Shown: positions 7,451 to 17,434, counted from the first letter of the stretch. The stretch is DNA of 51,765 nucleotides from Chloroflexota bacterium (GCA_016865895.1 VGNY01000002.1:1-51765); one strand, 5' to 3'. Notes: generated from the letters alone by a model not told the origin. Program-made: numbers and translations.

Positions 7451-8617
7451 TTATAATTGACTGCCAATAATCATAATTCCATTAAGCTGGTCCATCCCGC
7501 CCATAGCATGGGCAAGAGCTGTCCTGGCTCCGGGTATCTGGCGTTCGCCAGCCCTACCAGTTACTTGCAACGCTGCTTCACCAACTCGAATCAACCCTGT
7601 GGCTCCTATGGGGTTAGTACACAAAACACCTCCAGAAGGTGTGCAGGGTAATTCACCGCCTCTCAAAACAACACCATCTTCTACAAGTTTGCAGCCTTCG
7701 CCAAAGTCGCAAAAACCAAAGCACTCGTAAAAGATAAGCTCTTGATAAGTAAACGGGTTATATACTTCGGCGACATCGAATTCTTTTCGCGGATTTGTAA
7801 TGCCCGCCATTTTGTAGGCTTCCTTTGCTGCGATAATGGCTGATTCCCAGACTACCTTGTCACTATCACCAAAAAAGGCTTCATCGCCAGCATAACCAAG
7901 ACCCTTTACCCAAGCTGCCTTTTTCGGAAACCTTTTTGCCTTTTCCTCACTGGCAAAAATGACAGCACAAGCCCCATCTGAAGAGGGACAAACGTCCATC
8001 AGCCTCGTTGGATAAGCGATAATCCGCGATTTCAGCACATCTTCAACTGTAATTTTCATCCTAATATGGGCATAAGGGTTATCCAGAGCATTATCATGAT
8101 GGTTGACAGAAATGCGGGCTGCTGCCTCCCTCACCCTTTCGTCTGGCAAATTATATCTGTGAGCATACTGGATAGCTTGCATGCTAAAAATACCGGGGGC
8201 TCCAGGAATAAAAGGTCTCTGGAAGAAGGGTTCAGCTACAGTGTTCATAGTCCCTTGAGGGTCACTTTCAAACATCTTTTCAGTTCCCACTGCCATTACG
8301 ACATCAAAAAGTCCTGAAGCTACATGATAGAAGGCGGAATGGGCAACAGACATCCCCGTGCTACCACATGTAGCTATATGCATTAACGGTCTGTCTAAAG
8401 CTGCCATGGCACCTGATAGATACAGATGGGCAGCATTTATGCCTTCCATTGCCGAAGGCATAGATGAATGAGTCACCGCTTCTATATCTTCAGGCGAAAT
8501 GCTGGCATCCTCCAGAGCTGCTTTTACCGCCTCGTAAGCAAGTTCAACATAATTAACGTCTTCCCTTCGTCCGTGTTTGGTCTGCCCGACTCCTATAATA
8601 GCTACTGCTCTCGCCAT
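7451..8617 (-). CDS. SCPx/archaeal-type thiolase-fold protein (Cys retained, GHP His replaced)
   Basis: AIIGVGQTKHG N-terminus. HIATCGSTG at the nucleophile site. PSGGVLCTNPIGATG where GHP is expected. Confidence 0.85.
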   Translation of the reverse strand: MARAVAIIGVGQTKHGRREDVNYVELAYEAVKAALEDASISPEDIEAVTHSSMPSAMEGINAAHLYLSGAMAALDRPLMHIATCGSTGMSVAHSAFYHVASGLFDVVMAVGTEKMFESDPQGTMNTVAEPFFQRPFIPGAPGIFSMQAIQYAHRYNLPDERVREAAARISVNHHDNALDNPYAHIRMKITVEDVLKSRIIAYPTRLMDVCPSSDGACAVIFASEEKAKRFPKKAAWVKGLGYAGDEAFFGDSDKVVWESAIIAAKEAYKMAGITNPRKEFDVAEVYNPFTYQELIFYECFGFCDFGEGCKLVEDGVVLRGGELPCTPSGGVLCTNPIGATGLIRVGEAALQVTGRAGERQIPGARTALAHAMGGMDQLNGIMIIGSQL

Positions 8618-8630
8618 TTCTTATTACCTC

Positions 8631-9770
8631 CTATTTACCTAGAATGACTACGGAGTGATGTTGCCCGGCAAAGCCATAAGTAGCATGTGCCAGTGCTGTT
8701 TTCACACTGGACACTTGTCTTTTTTCGGCTTTGCCCATCACTTGAAGAGCGGCCTCAGCAATTCTAAAAAGCCCCCTGGCGACATATGGATTCATAGCTA
8801 AAAGACCACCGGATGGATTAACAGGTAGCTCACCATCCATAGCAGTAACTCCGCTATCTATTAGTTTTGCCCCTTCGCCATCTTTGCAGAAGCCTAATTG
8901 CTCATACCACAGGAGTTCCTGAAACGAATAGGGCTCGCAAATCTCCGCCACATCTATCTCTTTTCGTGGGTTCTTAATGCCAGCCATATCATAAGCCTTC
9001 TTAGCTGTTTTTCTCAGCACACCATCAAGCAAGTCCCTGTCACCAAAGAATTGATGGTCAACGCACCAACTGACCCCTTTAACCCATGCCGGATTTTTGG
9101 TTAACTTCTTCGCCTTTTCCTCAGATGCCAGAAGCATAGCACAAGTGCCATCAGAATATGCCGCACAATCTAATGCCTTTATCGGATGTGCCATAACCTG
9201 TGACATCAGAACCTCATCAATAGTAACCTTTCCCGCCTTTTGAACATAAGGGTTATTTATGGCATTGCCGAGATTTTTCACCACTACCTTTGCCGCGTGT
9301 TCCTCAGTTATTCGGTACTTCTCCGTATACAGTCTTGCTTGCATAGCTGCCGCGGAGATATCATCAAGCGCAATCGGACGCTGGAAAAAAGGGTCAGCAT
9401 ACAGATTGGTCAATGTGCTTAAGCTTGGAATCTCGGATGACTTGGTTATGGCATGAACTAAGGCATTATCGAAATGCCCGCTCATCACCCTCATCAGTCC
9501 ATAGATAAAACCTGCGGCACCATCTTCCGAGGCTTTGGAGGTGTCTTTCAGATAAGCTCCTATAGCATCTAGGTAATAGGTATTGGAGCAACTAATACCC
9601 TGCCAGAAGTCTGAAGAGGAAGAAATGATTGTGCCCAGCTTTTCACGTTTCATGCCAACCTGATTTAGTACATCTTTGGTTACTTCATAACTCAGATCCC
9701 GAATGTTTTTGTTTAAAGCATCGTTATGTCCTATCTGGGCAACGGCCACAATGGCTACTCTATTTGCCAT
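8631..9770 (-). CDS. thiolase-like protein lacking the nucleophile Cys
   Basis: Same fold and length as the neighbour. SKASEDGAAG at the nucleophile position (Ser) and AMNPYVARG instead of GHP. AAGGAGG RBS. Confidence 0.8.
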   Translation of the reverse strand: MANRVAIVAVAQIGHNDALNKNIRDLSYEVTKDVLNQVGMKREKLGTIISSSSDFWQGISCSNTYYLDAIGAYLKDTSKASEDGAAGFIYGLMRVMSGHFDNALVHAITKSSEIPSLSTLTNLYADPFFQRPIALDDISAAAMQARLYTEKYRITEEHAAKVVVKNLGNAINNPYVQKAGKVTIDEVLMSQVMAHPIKALDCAAYSDGTCAMLLASEEKAKKLTKNPAWVKGVSWCVDHQFFGDRDLLDGVLRKTAKKAYDMAGIKNPRKEIDVAEICEPYSFQELLWYEQLGFCKDGEGAKLIDSGVTAMDGELPVNPSGGLLAMNPYVARGLFRIAEAALQVMGKAEKRQVSSVKTALAHATYGFAGQHHSVVILGK

Positions 9771-9878
9771 GATACCACCTCCTTATGTTTTAATATCCGA
9801 AGCAAGCGGTTTTATTACAGCAATTGCTACGCGTTCCCAACTTGATTGCTGGTCACCCTCTTTAAACTGCCACATGTT

Positions 9879-9907
9879 AATATACTCGCCACTGCCCTGA
9901 TTGTCAA
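9879..9907 (-). promoter_or_regulatory. promoter TTGACA-N17-TATATT for the thiolase/DUF35 operon
   Basis: Read on the minus strand: -35 at 9902-9907 and -10 at 9879-9884, with an exact 17-nt spacer. Confidence 0.5.
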
Positions 9908-9933
9908 TGGGCACAAAGCACAATGGGCACAAA
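9905..9933. repeat. two perfect 13-bp direct repeats CAATGGGCACAAA (candidate operator)
   Basis: Copies at 9905-9917 and 9921-9933 lie exactly between the two back-to-back -35 boxes. Confidence 0.7.
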
Positions 9934-9937
9934 CATA

Positions 9938-9966
9938 TTGACAATCCTCAGAAAGTCAAGTATATT
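9938..9966 (+). promoter_or_regulatory. promoter TTGACA-N17-TATATT for the carboxylase operon
   Basis: -35 at 9938-9943 and -10 at 9961-9966, with an exact 17-nt spacer. This mirrors the minus-strand promoter. Confidence 0.5.
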
Positions 9967-10091
9967 TAAGAGTCGAGAAAATCCCCAATATTTCGCCTTA
10001 TTAACAATGTGCCAATTCTCAAACAACTTGCTCACAGGTCTCTCCTAATGCAGAGCTTGGATTACTATAAAGGCTAATTCACCAATTTTAA

Positions 10092-11450
10092 GTGGGTTCT
10101 CGCATGCTCAAATCTATACTAATCGCTAACCGTGGGGAAATTGCACGGCGGATAATCAGGACAGCCAAAACACTAGGCATCGAAACCATAGCCATACATT
10201 CTGATGCAGACGAAACGGCTCTGTTTGCCCAGGAAGCAGATAAAGCTATAAGAGTTAGCGGCGCTAAACCTAGAGACTGTTACCTTAATATTGACAATAT
10301 TATTGGAATAGCCAAAGAGGTGAAAGCAAGTGCCATACACCCCGGATATGGATTCTTATCAGAAAGGTGGGAATTCGCCCAAAGATGTGAAGAAGAAGGC
10401 CTCATATTCATTGGACCAAAGTCTGAGGTAATCCATAGAATGGGCGACAAAGCTCGCTCCCGAGAAATAGCTACCAGCCTGGGTATACCGATCCCACCAG
10501 GGAGTGGCATCTTAGGCAGTATTGAAGAGGCAAAAGAATGGGCAGCAAAACTTTCCTTTCCTGTCATTTTCAAGGCATCAGCTGGAGGTGGAGGCATAGG
10601 CATGCAAAAGGTGGAAACAATGGAAGAGGTAGCAGAAGCATTCGAACAGGCTTCAAATCGGGCTAGATTGGCTTTCGGCGACGACAGAGTCTACATCGAA
10701 AAATATTTAGAGTCACCTCACCACATAGAAATCCAAATTCTGGGTGACAAAAACGGTGATGTGGTCACCTTTCCCGAAAGAGAATGTTCGGTGCAAAGAC
10801 GGCATCAAAAAGTAATCGAGGAATCACCCTCACCTTTCGCCACCACTGAGCTAAGAATGGGACTCAGGCAAGCAGCTAAAAGACTAGCTCAAGAGCTTGG
10901 ATATACCAATGCCAGTACTGTAGAATTCGTCGTCGACAAAAACCGAAACTTCTACTTTCTGGAAATAAATACCAGGCTTCAGGTAGAGCACCCTATTACG
11001 GAGATGATAACAGGCCTCGACCTTGTGGAACACCAAATCAAGATTGCTTCTGGCAGGCCCTTATCAATTGGGGAAAAGGACATCAAATGGAAGGGATGGG
11101 CCATTGAAGCTCGAATTTATGCTGAGGACCCGGAAAACTTCTATCCCTCCCCAGGCAAGCTAATCTCCTATGTAGAGCCTCATGGTGATGGAATAAGAGT
11201 TGATTCTGGCTACAAGGCCTGTGACACCATCAGCCAGTTTTACGACCCTCTGATTGCCAAGCTAATCGTTTGGGGTGCAGATAGAGACAAAGCTATAACG
11301 AGAATGCTAAAAGCTCTAAATGATTATGAGATCACTGGCATTAAAAACAACATCCTCTTCCTGAAGAAAGCTTTTGATTCCGCAATGTTCAAATCGGGAA
11401 CTTACGATACACATTTCATATCAAGGTTAAAGGAGATGAAAAATGGGTGA
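10092..11450 (+). CDS. accC: biotin carboxylase subunit of an acyl-CoA carboxylase
   Basis: ILIANRGEIARRIIRT, ATP-grasp loop GGGGIGMQKV and EINTRLQVEHPITE. An alternative ATG start lies at 10104. Confidence 0.9.
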   Translation: MGSRMLKSILIANRGEIARRIIRTAKTLGIETIAIHSDADETALFAQEADKAIRVSGAKPRDCYLNIDNIIGIAKEVKASAIHPGYGFLSERWEFAQRCEEEGLIFIGPKSEVIHRMGDKARSREIATSLGIPIPPGSGILGSIEEAKEWAAKLSFPVIFKASAGGGGIGMQKVETMEEVAEAFEQASNRARLAFGDDRVYIEKYLESPHHIEIQILGDKNGDVVTFPERECSVQRRHQKVIEESPSPFATTELRMGLRQAAKRLAQELGYTNASTVEFVVDKNRNFYFLEINTRLQVEHPITEMITGLDLVEHQIKIASGRPLSIGEKDIKWKGWAIEARIYAEDPENFYPSPGKLISYVEPHGDGIRVDSGYKACDTISQFYDPLIAKLIVWGADRDKAITRMLKALNDYEITGIKNNILFLKKAFDSAMFKSGTYDTHFISRLKEMKNG

Positions 11451-13014
11451 CGTGATGAGAAAGGAAGTTGAAAAACTTTCAGAACTCCGCGAGGAAATCA
11501 AAAAGATGGGCGGTGAAGCAGCCGTCAAAAAACATCACGATAGAGGAAAGCTGACTGCTCGGGAGCGACTGGACCTCCTAATTGAAAAGGGAACTTTCGT
11601 TGAAGTCGGCATGCTCGGGAGCGAATTCGGGGTACCTGAGCTTGTCCCTGCCGATGGATGCATTACCGGCTATGGCAAACTGAATGATGGAGTTACTCTC
11701 AGGGATGTAGCTGTGGCAGCCTACGATTTCACAGTAAGAGGCGGCTCCATGGGCATAACCAACGAGACCAAGGTAACCAGAATACGAGAAATCGCTCTTA
11801 AGCAGAGGATTCCTATGATATGGCTGAGTGACTCCGGGGGTGCCAGAGTAAGCGGTGGAGGCCTTTCCGGTGAAAGAATACCACTGTTCGCTGATTCCGG
11901 CTACCTCTTTAAGGAAGAATCGCTGATGTCCGGCATAATCCCGCAGATTTGCGCTATGATGGGACCAGGATATGCTGGTACAGCCTATATCCCAGGGCTT
12001 TCCGATTTTGTGCCCATGGTCAAGGGAACTAGCTTTATGGGGCTAGGCGGACCATCTCTTGTAGAAATGGTAATCCACGAGAAACTTACCGAAGATGAGC
12101 TAGGAGGCTCTAAGGTTCATTGCGAGATAAGTGGTTGTGGGGATTTGGAAGTGAAATCAGATGAGGAGTGTATCAAAGCAATAAAGCAGTATCTTGCCTT
12201 CTTTCCCCAGAATTGCGACCAAAAACCACTCCGAAAGGAATGGACCGGAGACCCTGAAGCTTTGATTTCCGGCGGTATATTGAATGTTATTCCGGACAGT
12301 CCTCGAGAAGCTTACGACATGCACGACCTCATAAAATACATAGTGGACGACGGTTACTTTTTCGAAATGAAGCCGAAGTGGGGAAGAAATATCATTGTTG
12401 GATTTGGGAGAATAGCCGGCTATTCAGTAGGATTTGTAGCCAATAACCCTCTTTTCTATGGCGGTGTCATCGATATAGATGCCGCTGACAAAGCCGCCCG
12501 CTTTATCTGGCTCTGCGATGCTTTCAACATACCGCTCCTTTTCATCTCCGATGTCCCGGGCTTCATGGTCGGGTCTAAAGCTGAGAAATCAGGTATTATC
12601 AGACATGGGGCCAAGATGATTCACGCCGTTTCTGAAGCTACGGTTCCCAAATTTACCCTGGTTGCCAGAAAATCCTACGGGGCGGGGTATTATGCAATGT
12701 GTGGTAGGGCTTTCGACCCAGACCTATTGATTGCCTACCCCGGAGCTGAGATATCAGTCATGGGCCCAGAGGGAATGGTGTCTATTTTTGCCAGGAAGCA
12801 ATTAGCGGAGGCCGAAAATCCTCAAGAGATGATAGAGCGTCTTGCCGATGAGATAAGACCACAAATTAACATCCACAAGACAGCCAGATTTGGCATCGTG
12901 GACGACGTTATCGACCCTAGAGAAACCAGAAAAGTCTTGCTCAGAGCTCTCGAGTTTACAAAAGACAAGAGGATATACCGGCATCCCAGAAAACACGGCG
13001 TTTACCCTGTCTAA
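11443..13014 (+). CDS. acyl-CoA carboxylase carboxyltransferase subunit (MCC/GCC-beta-like)
   Basis: GKLTARERLDLL, DSGGARV, PGFMVGSKAEKSGIIRHGAKM and YYAMCGRAF...ISVMG. The ATG overlaps the BC stop, with an AAGGAG RBS. Confidence 0.9.
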   Translation: MGDVMRKEVEKLSELREEIKKMGGEAAVKKHHDRGKLTARERLDLLIEKGTFVEVGMLGSEFGVPELVPADGCITGYGKLNDGVTLRDVAVAAYDFTVRGGSMGITNETKVTRIREIALKQRIPMIWLSDSGGARVSGGGLSGERIPLFADSGYLFKEESLMSGIIPQICAMMGPGYAGTAYIPGLSDFVPMVKGTSFMGLGGPSLVEMVIHEKLTEDELGGSKVHCEISGCGDLEVKSDEECIKAIKQYLAFFPQNCDQKPLRKEWTGDPEALISGGILNVIPDSPREAYDMHDLIKYIVDDGYFFEMKPKWGRNIIVGFGRIAGYSVGFVANNPLFYGGVIDIDAADKAARFIWLCDAFNIPLLFISDVPGFMVGSKAEKSGIIRHGAKMIHAVSEATVPKFTLVARKSYGAGYYAMCGRAFDPDLLIAYPGAEISVMGPEGMVSIFARKQLAEAENPQEMIERLADEIRPQINIHKTARFGIVDDVIDPRETRKVLLRALEFTKDKRIYRHPRKHGVYPV

Positions 13015-13025
13015 GGAGGACTCGA

Positions 13026-13811
13026 ATGTATCAGACTATAACAGTCGAAATAAGAAATAAAGTAGCCACAATAACCCTATCTCGAGAGGAGAGAAGAAAC
13101 GCCATCTCGCCAACGATGATGACCGAACTTTTGGATGTCTTCAAAAAATATGACGATGACCCATCAGTAGTCGCTATCGTGCTGACCGGAGCTGGTAGTA
13201 AGGTTTTCTGCGCCGGTGCTGATTTTGCCGAGTCTATGGGTGCTGCAACAAGTTTCCTTGACCGCTATGAAGGACAAAGAAATTTTGCCGAGCTTTTTAA
13301 GATAATCAAAGGCTTGAAGAAACCTTTGATCGGCCGGATGAATGGCCATGCCCTCGGTGGTGGGCTTGGGCTGGCCTGTGCCTGCGACATAGTAATTGCT
13401 GCCGATGATTGTCTCTTTGGAACACCGGAAATAAACGTGGCGCTATTCCCTTATATTATTATGGCAACTTTAGTTCGCTTCACTTCGACTCCAAAGAGAC
13501 TGCTAGAGATGATGCTTACTGGAGAAAGAATCCCTGCCAAAGAAGCCCAGATGCTGGGCATAGTGAGCCATGTGGTGCCCAGAGAACAGCTGGATGTAAA
13601 AGTTGACGAAATCGCCAAGAAAATAGCCAATAAAAGTCCAGCCATTCTGAGACTCGGCAGAAGAGCCTTCTACACAATGCGAGATATGGAGTATGAGAAG
13701 GCATTAGAATATCTAGCATCGATGCTGGCCATTAATACAATGGCTGAAGATGTAACTGAAGGCATTGCCGCTTTTCTGGAAAAGCGTGAACCAATATGGA
13801 AAGGAAAATAA
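13026..13811 (+). CDS. enoyl-CoA hydratase/isomerase (crotonase) family protein
   Basis: VLTGAGSKVFCAGADF oxyanion-hole motif, GHALGGGLGLACACD and a C-terminal AAFLEKREPIW. Confidence 0.9.
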   Translation: MYQTITVEIRNKVATITLSREERRNAISPTMMTELLDVFKKYDDDPSVVAIVLTGAGSKVFCAGADFAESMGAATSFLDRYEGQRNFAELFKIIKGLKKPLIGRMNGHALGGGLGLACACDIVIAADDCLFGTPEINVALFPYIIMATLVRFTSTPKRLLEMMLTGERIPAKEAQMLGIVSHVVPREQLDVKVDEIAKKIANKSPAILRLGRRAFYTMRDMEYEKALEYLASMLAINTMAEDVTEGIAAFLEKREPIWKGK

Positions 13812-13826
13812 CGGAGAGGAGTAACC

Positions 13827-14699
13827 ATGAGCTTACAGGACAAAGTAGTAATAACTGCGGCTTTGACCGGTGTGGCAGCTAACAGAGACCAATGCAAGTG
13901 GATACCATATACCCCTCAGGAAATTGCTGAAGAGGCACTAAGTGCCTACAACGCCGGGGCTTCGGTAGTACATATTCATGGCAGAGAATATGATGGCCGT
14001 CCGTCTTGGAGAGTGGAGATTTTTAGAGAGATTATGGAAGAGACGAGGAAAAGGTGCCCCATCATAATAAACTTTTCCACCGGTGCTGTAGGCGTAGACA
14101 GGGACAACAGAATCGCTCATATTCGCGAACTGAAGCCGGAGATCGCAGCACTGAATATGGGAACAATGAATTATGCCAAATACAGTCAAAGGCGGAGGAA
14201 CTTCGTCTTCTCGGTTGTCTTCCAGAACCCATTCGATGATATAATGTTCTTTTTGGACACCATGAATAAGAGTGGTGTGAAACCGGAGTGCGAATGCTTT
14301 GACCTTGGGCATTTGGAGAGCGTGTTTCCGCTAATGGACATCGGATTACTCAAGAATTTTGAGGTAAGCCTCATTATGGGGGTGGTTGGGGGTATGGCGG
14401 CTACAGCTAGAAATCTAGCTCATGTGGCCAGTGTGGTACCCCCCGGTGTGCCCTGGCAAGTAATAGGTATCAGCGAGGACCAATGGCTGCTGATAGCTAC
14501 CGCTCTGGCTCTTGGTGGAAATGTCAGAGTCGGACTTGAAGATAATTTTTATCTATCGCCTGGAGAGATGGCACAAGGAAATGGCCCTTTAGTAGAAAAA
14601 GCAGTAAGAATGACACGTGACATTGGCAGAGAGCCAGCGACGGTGGAAGAGGCTAGAACCATTCTGCGGTTGGTAGAAACAACGAGTGGAGATAAATAA
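13827..14699 (+). CDS. BKACE (beta-keto acid cleavage enzyme, DUF849) family protein
   Basis: VVITAALTG...IPYTPQEIAEEA...GASVVHIHGRE at the N-terminus. Its ~290 aa size is typical of the family. Confidence 0.8.
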   Translation: MSLQDKVVITAALTGVAANRDQCKWIPYTPQEIAEEALSAYNAGASVVHIHGREYDGRPSWRVEIFREIMEETRKRCPIIINFSTGAVGVDRDNRIAHIRELKPEIAALNMGTMNYAKYSQRRRNFVFSVVFQNPFDDIMFFLDTMNKSGVKPECECFDLGHLESVFPLMDIGLLKNFEVSLIMGVVGGMAATARNLAHVASVVPPGVPWQVIGISEDQWLLIATALALGGNVRVGLEDNFYLSPGEMAQGNGPLVEKAVRMTRDIGREPATVEEARTILRLVETTSGDK

Positions 14700-14716
14700 C
14701 CTGAGTTAAGCAAACC

Positions 14717-14929
14717 ATGACAGAAGTTGTTTCACCGATCACAGGCAGCGTCTGGAAAATTGTGATAGAAGTTGGTGCACAAGTTGGCGAGGGTGAGACT
14801 ATCGTTATACTTGAATCTATGAAAATGGAAATCCGAGTGAAATCCCCTCACAACGGGAAGGTGGTGGAAATTCGGGTAAAAGAGGGCGATTCAATTCTAG
14901 AAGACGACATTATCGCCATTATTGAGTAG
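14717..14929 (+). CDS. free-standing biotin carboxyl carrier protein
   Basis: 70 aa with a biotinyl-lysine motif (LESMKMEI) in a lipoyl/biotinyl hammerhead-sized domain. Confidence 0.85.
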   Translation: MTEVVSPITGSVWKIVIEVGAQVGEGETIVILESMKMEIRVKSPHNGKVVEIRVKEGDSILEDDIIAIIE

Positions 14930-14961
14930 TAAGCAACCTACTTGTGATATGGAGGGCAAGC

Positions 14962-16152
14962 ATGGACTTTAGATTTACCGAAGAAGAGGAGGCATTTAGG
15001 AAAGAGGTTCGCCAATGGCTGAAACAGGAAATCCCGCCAAGATGGTTTGAACTTGACCCCGGCATGTGGGAGGAAACTGAAGAGTCCTGGGCGATTTCCC
15101 GCCAGTTCCAACGCAAACTTGGGCAGAAAGGCTGGCTGGCACCAGCATATCCCAAGGAATACGGCGGCTTGGAATTGAGCCATACAAAACGGCTCATACT
15201 CGCTGAGGAGATGGCTTACAACAGGGCACCCGTCAGCGTAGAGGTGGAGATAACAGTAAACTGGGTAACCCCCACCATTATGCTTTTTGGAACCGAAAAG
15301 CAAAAGAACGACTATGTAACTCGGGTAGCAAAGGGGGACATTATTTTCTGTCTTGGCTATAGCGAACCAAATGCTGGCTCCGACCTTGCTGCACTCCAAA
15401 CTCGCGCTGTTGAAGCTGGTGATGAGTATGTAATTAACGGCCAGAAGATATGGTGTAGCTATGGCCATTTAGCCGACTATTGCTGGCTTGCTGCCAGAAC
15501 TGACCCAGATGCCCCCAAGCATAAAGGAATCAGTATGTTTGTTGTCGACATGAAGACGCCGGGAATCACCATTCGCCCTCTGGTGAATATCTTGAACCGT
15601 CACTCTTTTAATGAGGTCTTCTTTGATGATGTGCGTATCCCCAAAGATAACTTGGTAGGACAGAAAAACAACGGCTGGTATCAACTAGTTATAGCTTTAG
15701 ACTATGAACGTTCCTCAGTTGGCACCGCTGCAGCACAGCAACGAATCATTGAGGAACTAGTCAAATATGCTAAAGAAACCAAGCGCAATGGGAAACCGAT
15801 TGCCAAAGACCTGCTGATCAGGAATGAATTGGCAGAAATGGCAGTCGAAAATGAAGTCCTCCGCATGATGTGCTATCGCATCGCCTGGATGTACAGCAAA
15901 AACCTTCATCCCAGCTATGAATCGTCAATGGCAATGATTTTTGGCAGCGAAGTAATGAGACGGTTAGCCAACGTAGGTATGCGTATCATGGGACATTATG
16001 GTGAACTTGACAGGGACTCCAAGTGGGCTCCCCTTAATGCTAGGATAATGCGGATGTTTCTATGCTCAGTCTCAATAGGCGTTGGAGGCGGCTCTAACGA
16101 GATTCAGCGCAGCATTATCGCTATGAGAGGTTTAGGGTTACCTCGGCACTAA
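14962..16152 (+). CDS. acyl-CoA dehydrogenase, alpha-type (IVD-like catalytic Glu position)
   Basis: MDFRFTEEEEAFRKEV start at an ATG preceded by GGAGGG (the track ORF begins 18 nt earlier). GYSEPNAGSDLA, LDYERS and GGGSNEIQRSIIA. Confidence 0.9.
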   Translation: MDFRFTEEEEAFRKEVRQWLKQEIPPRWFELDPGMWEETEESWAISRQFQRKLGQKGWLAPAYPKEYGGLELSHTKRLILAEEMAYNRAPVSVEVEITVNWVTPTIMLFGTEKQKNDYVTRVAKGDIIFCLGYSEPNAGSDLAALQTRAVEAGDEYVINGQKIWCSYGHLADYCWLAARTDPDAPKHKGISMFVVDMKTPGITIRPLVNILNRHSFNEVFFDDVRIPKDNLVGQKNNGWYQLVIALDYERSSVGTAAAQQRIIEELVKYAKETKRNGKPIAKDLLIRNELAEMAVENEVLRMMCYRIAWMYSKNLHPSYESSMAMIFGSEVMRRLANVGMRIMGHYGELDRDSKWAPLNARIMRMFLCSVSIGVGGGSNEIQRSIIAMRGLGLPRH

Positions 16153-16187
16153 TCATTGCACACACTAGCTTCTGAAAAAGGACGACT

Positions 16188-17384
16188 ATGGATTTTAGAT
16201 TTAATGAGAAGGAAGAGGCATTTCGAAGAGAGGTCGAGAGTTTCATAAAGACAGAGCTGCCTGCAAATTGGACCGAGAAAAACATCTACTGGCCAGGGGG
16301 ATATGGCACTTTATCAGAATTTGAGGAGGTGAACACTCAAATCGAGCAATTCAGACGTAAGTTAGCCGAGAAAGGATGGCTTACCATCTCGTGGTCTAAA
16401 GAATACGGCGGCGCAGGGCGCACCAATATTGAACAGGCCATCTTCCACGAGCGGATGAGCTATTATAGGGCACCCGGTGGTGAAGTAGCCACACTAATCG
16501 GCGGCCCCACCATCATGCTTTTCGGCAGCGACGAAATGAAGAAGGAATGGCTACCAAGGATAGCCAGAGGAGAGGCGAGATTCTGGCTGGCCTACAGCGA
16601 ACCAAACTCTGGCTCTGACCTTGCTTCTATTCAGACTCGTGCTGTCGAAGACGGTGATGACCTCATTATCAACGGACAAAAAATCTGGGGTACTGCCGCT
16701 CACGTGTCACATTATGCCTGGATGATTGCCAGGACAGACCCTAATGTTGCTCCCCATAGAGGGATTACACTACTCATGGTAGACAACCAATCATCAGGTG
16801 TTACTATCCGCCCCTTGATGAATATATGTGGTACCCACTCTTTTAATGAGGTATTCTTCGATAATGTACGTGTACCCAAAAAGAACATCGTTGGGGAGAA
16901 GAACAAAGGGTGGTATTATGTAATGGTAGCCCTAGACTTTGAGAGGCTTGTAATCCCTATAGGGGGCTTCAAGCGGACCTTCGAAGAGATAACAGAGTAT
17001 GCCAGGGAAACAAAACACAACGGACAACCTTTGACCCAGAATCCTCTAATAAGGAATAAACTAGCTGCGATGGCAATCGAGATTGAAGTAGCCTACATGT
17101 TCTTCTGGCAAACAGCCTGGATGCTTGACAAAGGACTTATCCCAAATATCGAAGCATCTGTGCTAAAGCTGTTTACCACCCAGCTAAGCCAAAAGCTAGC
17201 AAATACCGGGATGCAGGTTATGGGACATTATGGGCCATTAGAAAGGAATTCCAAATGGGCATCCCTAATAGGGAGAGTTCCGGCAGGATACATGGATTGT
17301 ATTTCTGCCCTCGTTGGTGCTGGCACTTCTGAAATCCAGCGAAATATCATTGCCATGAGGGGGCTAGGGCTGCCCCGACCATAG
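16188..17384 (+). CDS. acyl-CoA dehydrogenase, alpha-type paralog
   Basis: Collinear with the previous ACAD: MDFRFNEKEEAFRREV, YSEPNSGSDLA, LDFERL and GAGTSEIQRNIIA. Confidence 0.9.
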   Translation: MDFRFNEKEEAFRREVESFIKTELPANWTEKNIYWPGGYGTLSEFEEVNTQIEQFRRKLAEKGWLTISWSKEYGGAGRTNIEQAIFHERMSYYRAPGGEVATLIGGPTIMLFGSDEMKKEWLPRIARGEARFWLAYSEPNSGSDLASIQTRAVEDGDDLIINGQKIWGTAAHVSHYAWMIARTDPNVAPHRGITLLMVDNQSSGVTIRPLMNICGTHSFNEVFFDNVRVPKKNIVGEKNKGWYYVMVALDFERLVIPIGGFKRTFEEITEYARETKHNGQPLTQNPLIRNKLAAMAIEIEVAYMFFWQTAWMLDKGLIPNIEASVLKLFTTQLSQKLANTGMQVMGHYGPLERNSKWASLIGRVPAGYMDCISALVGAGTSEIQRNIIAMRGLGLPRP

Positions 17385-17434
17385 ATGAAGCCTGAAGTAA
17401 ATTATGTAAACTCATGTAGAATAGGAGGGAAAAG

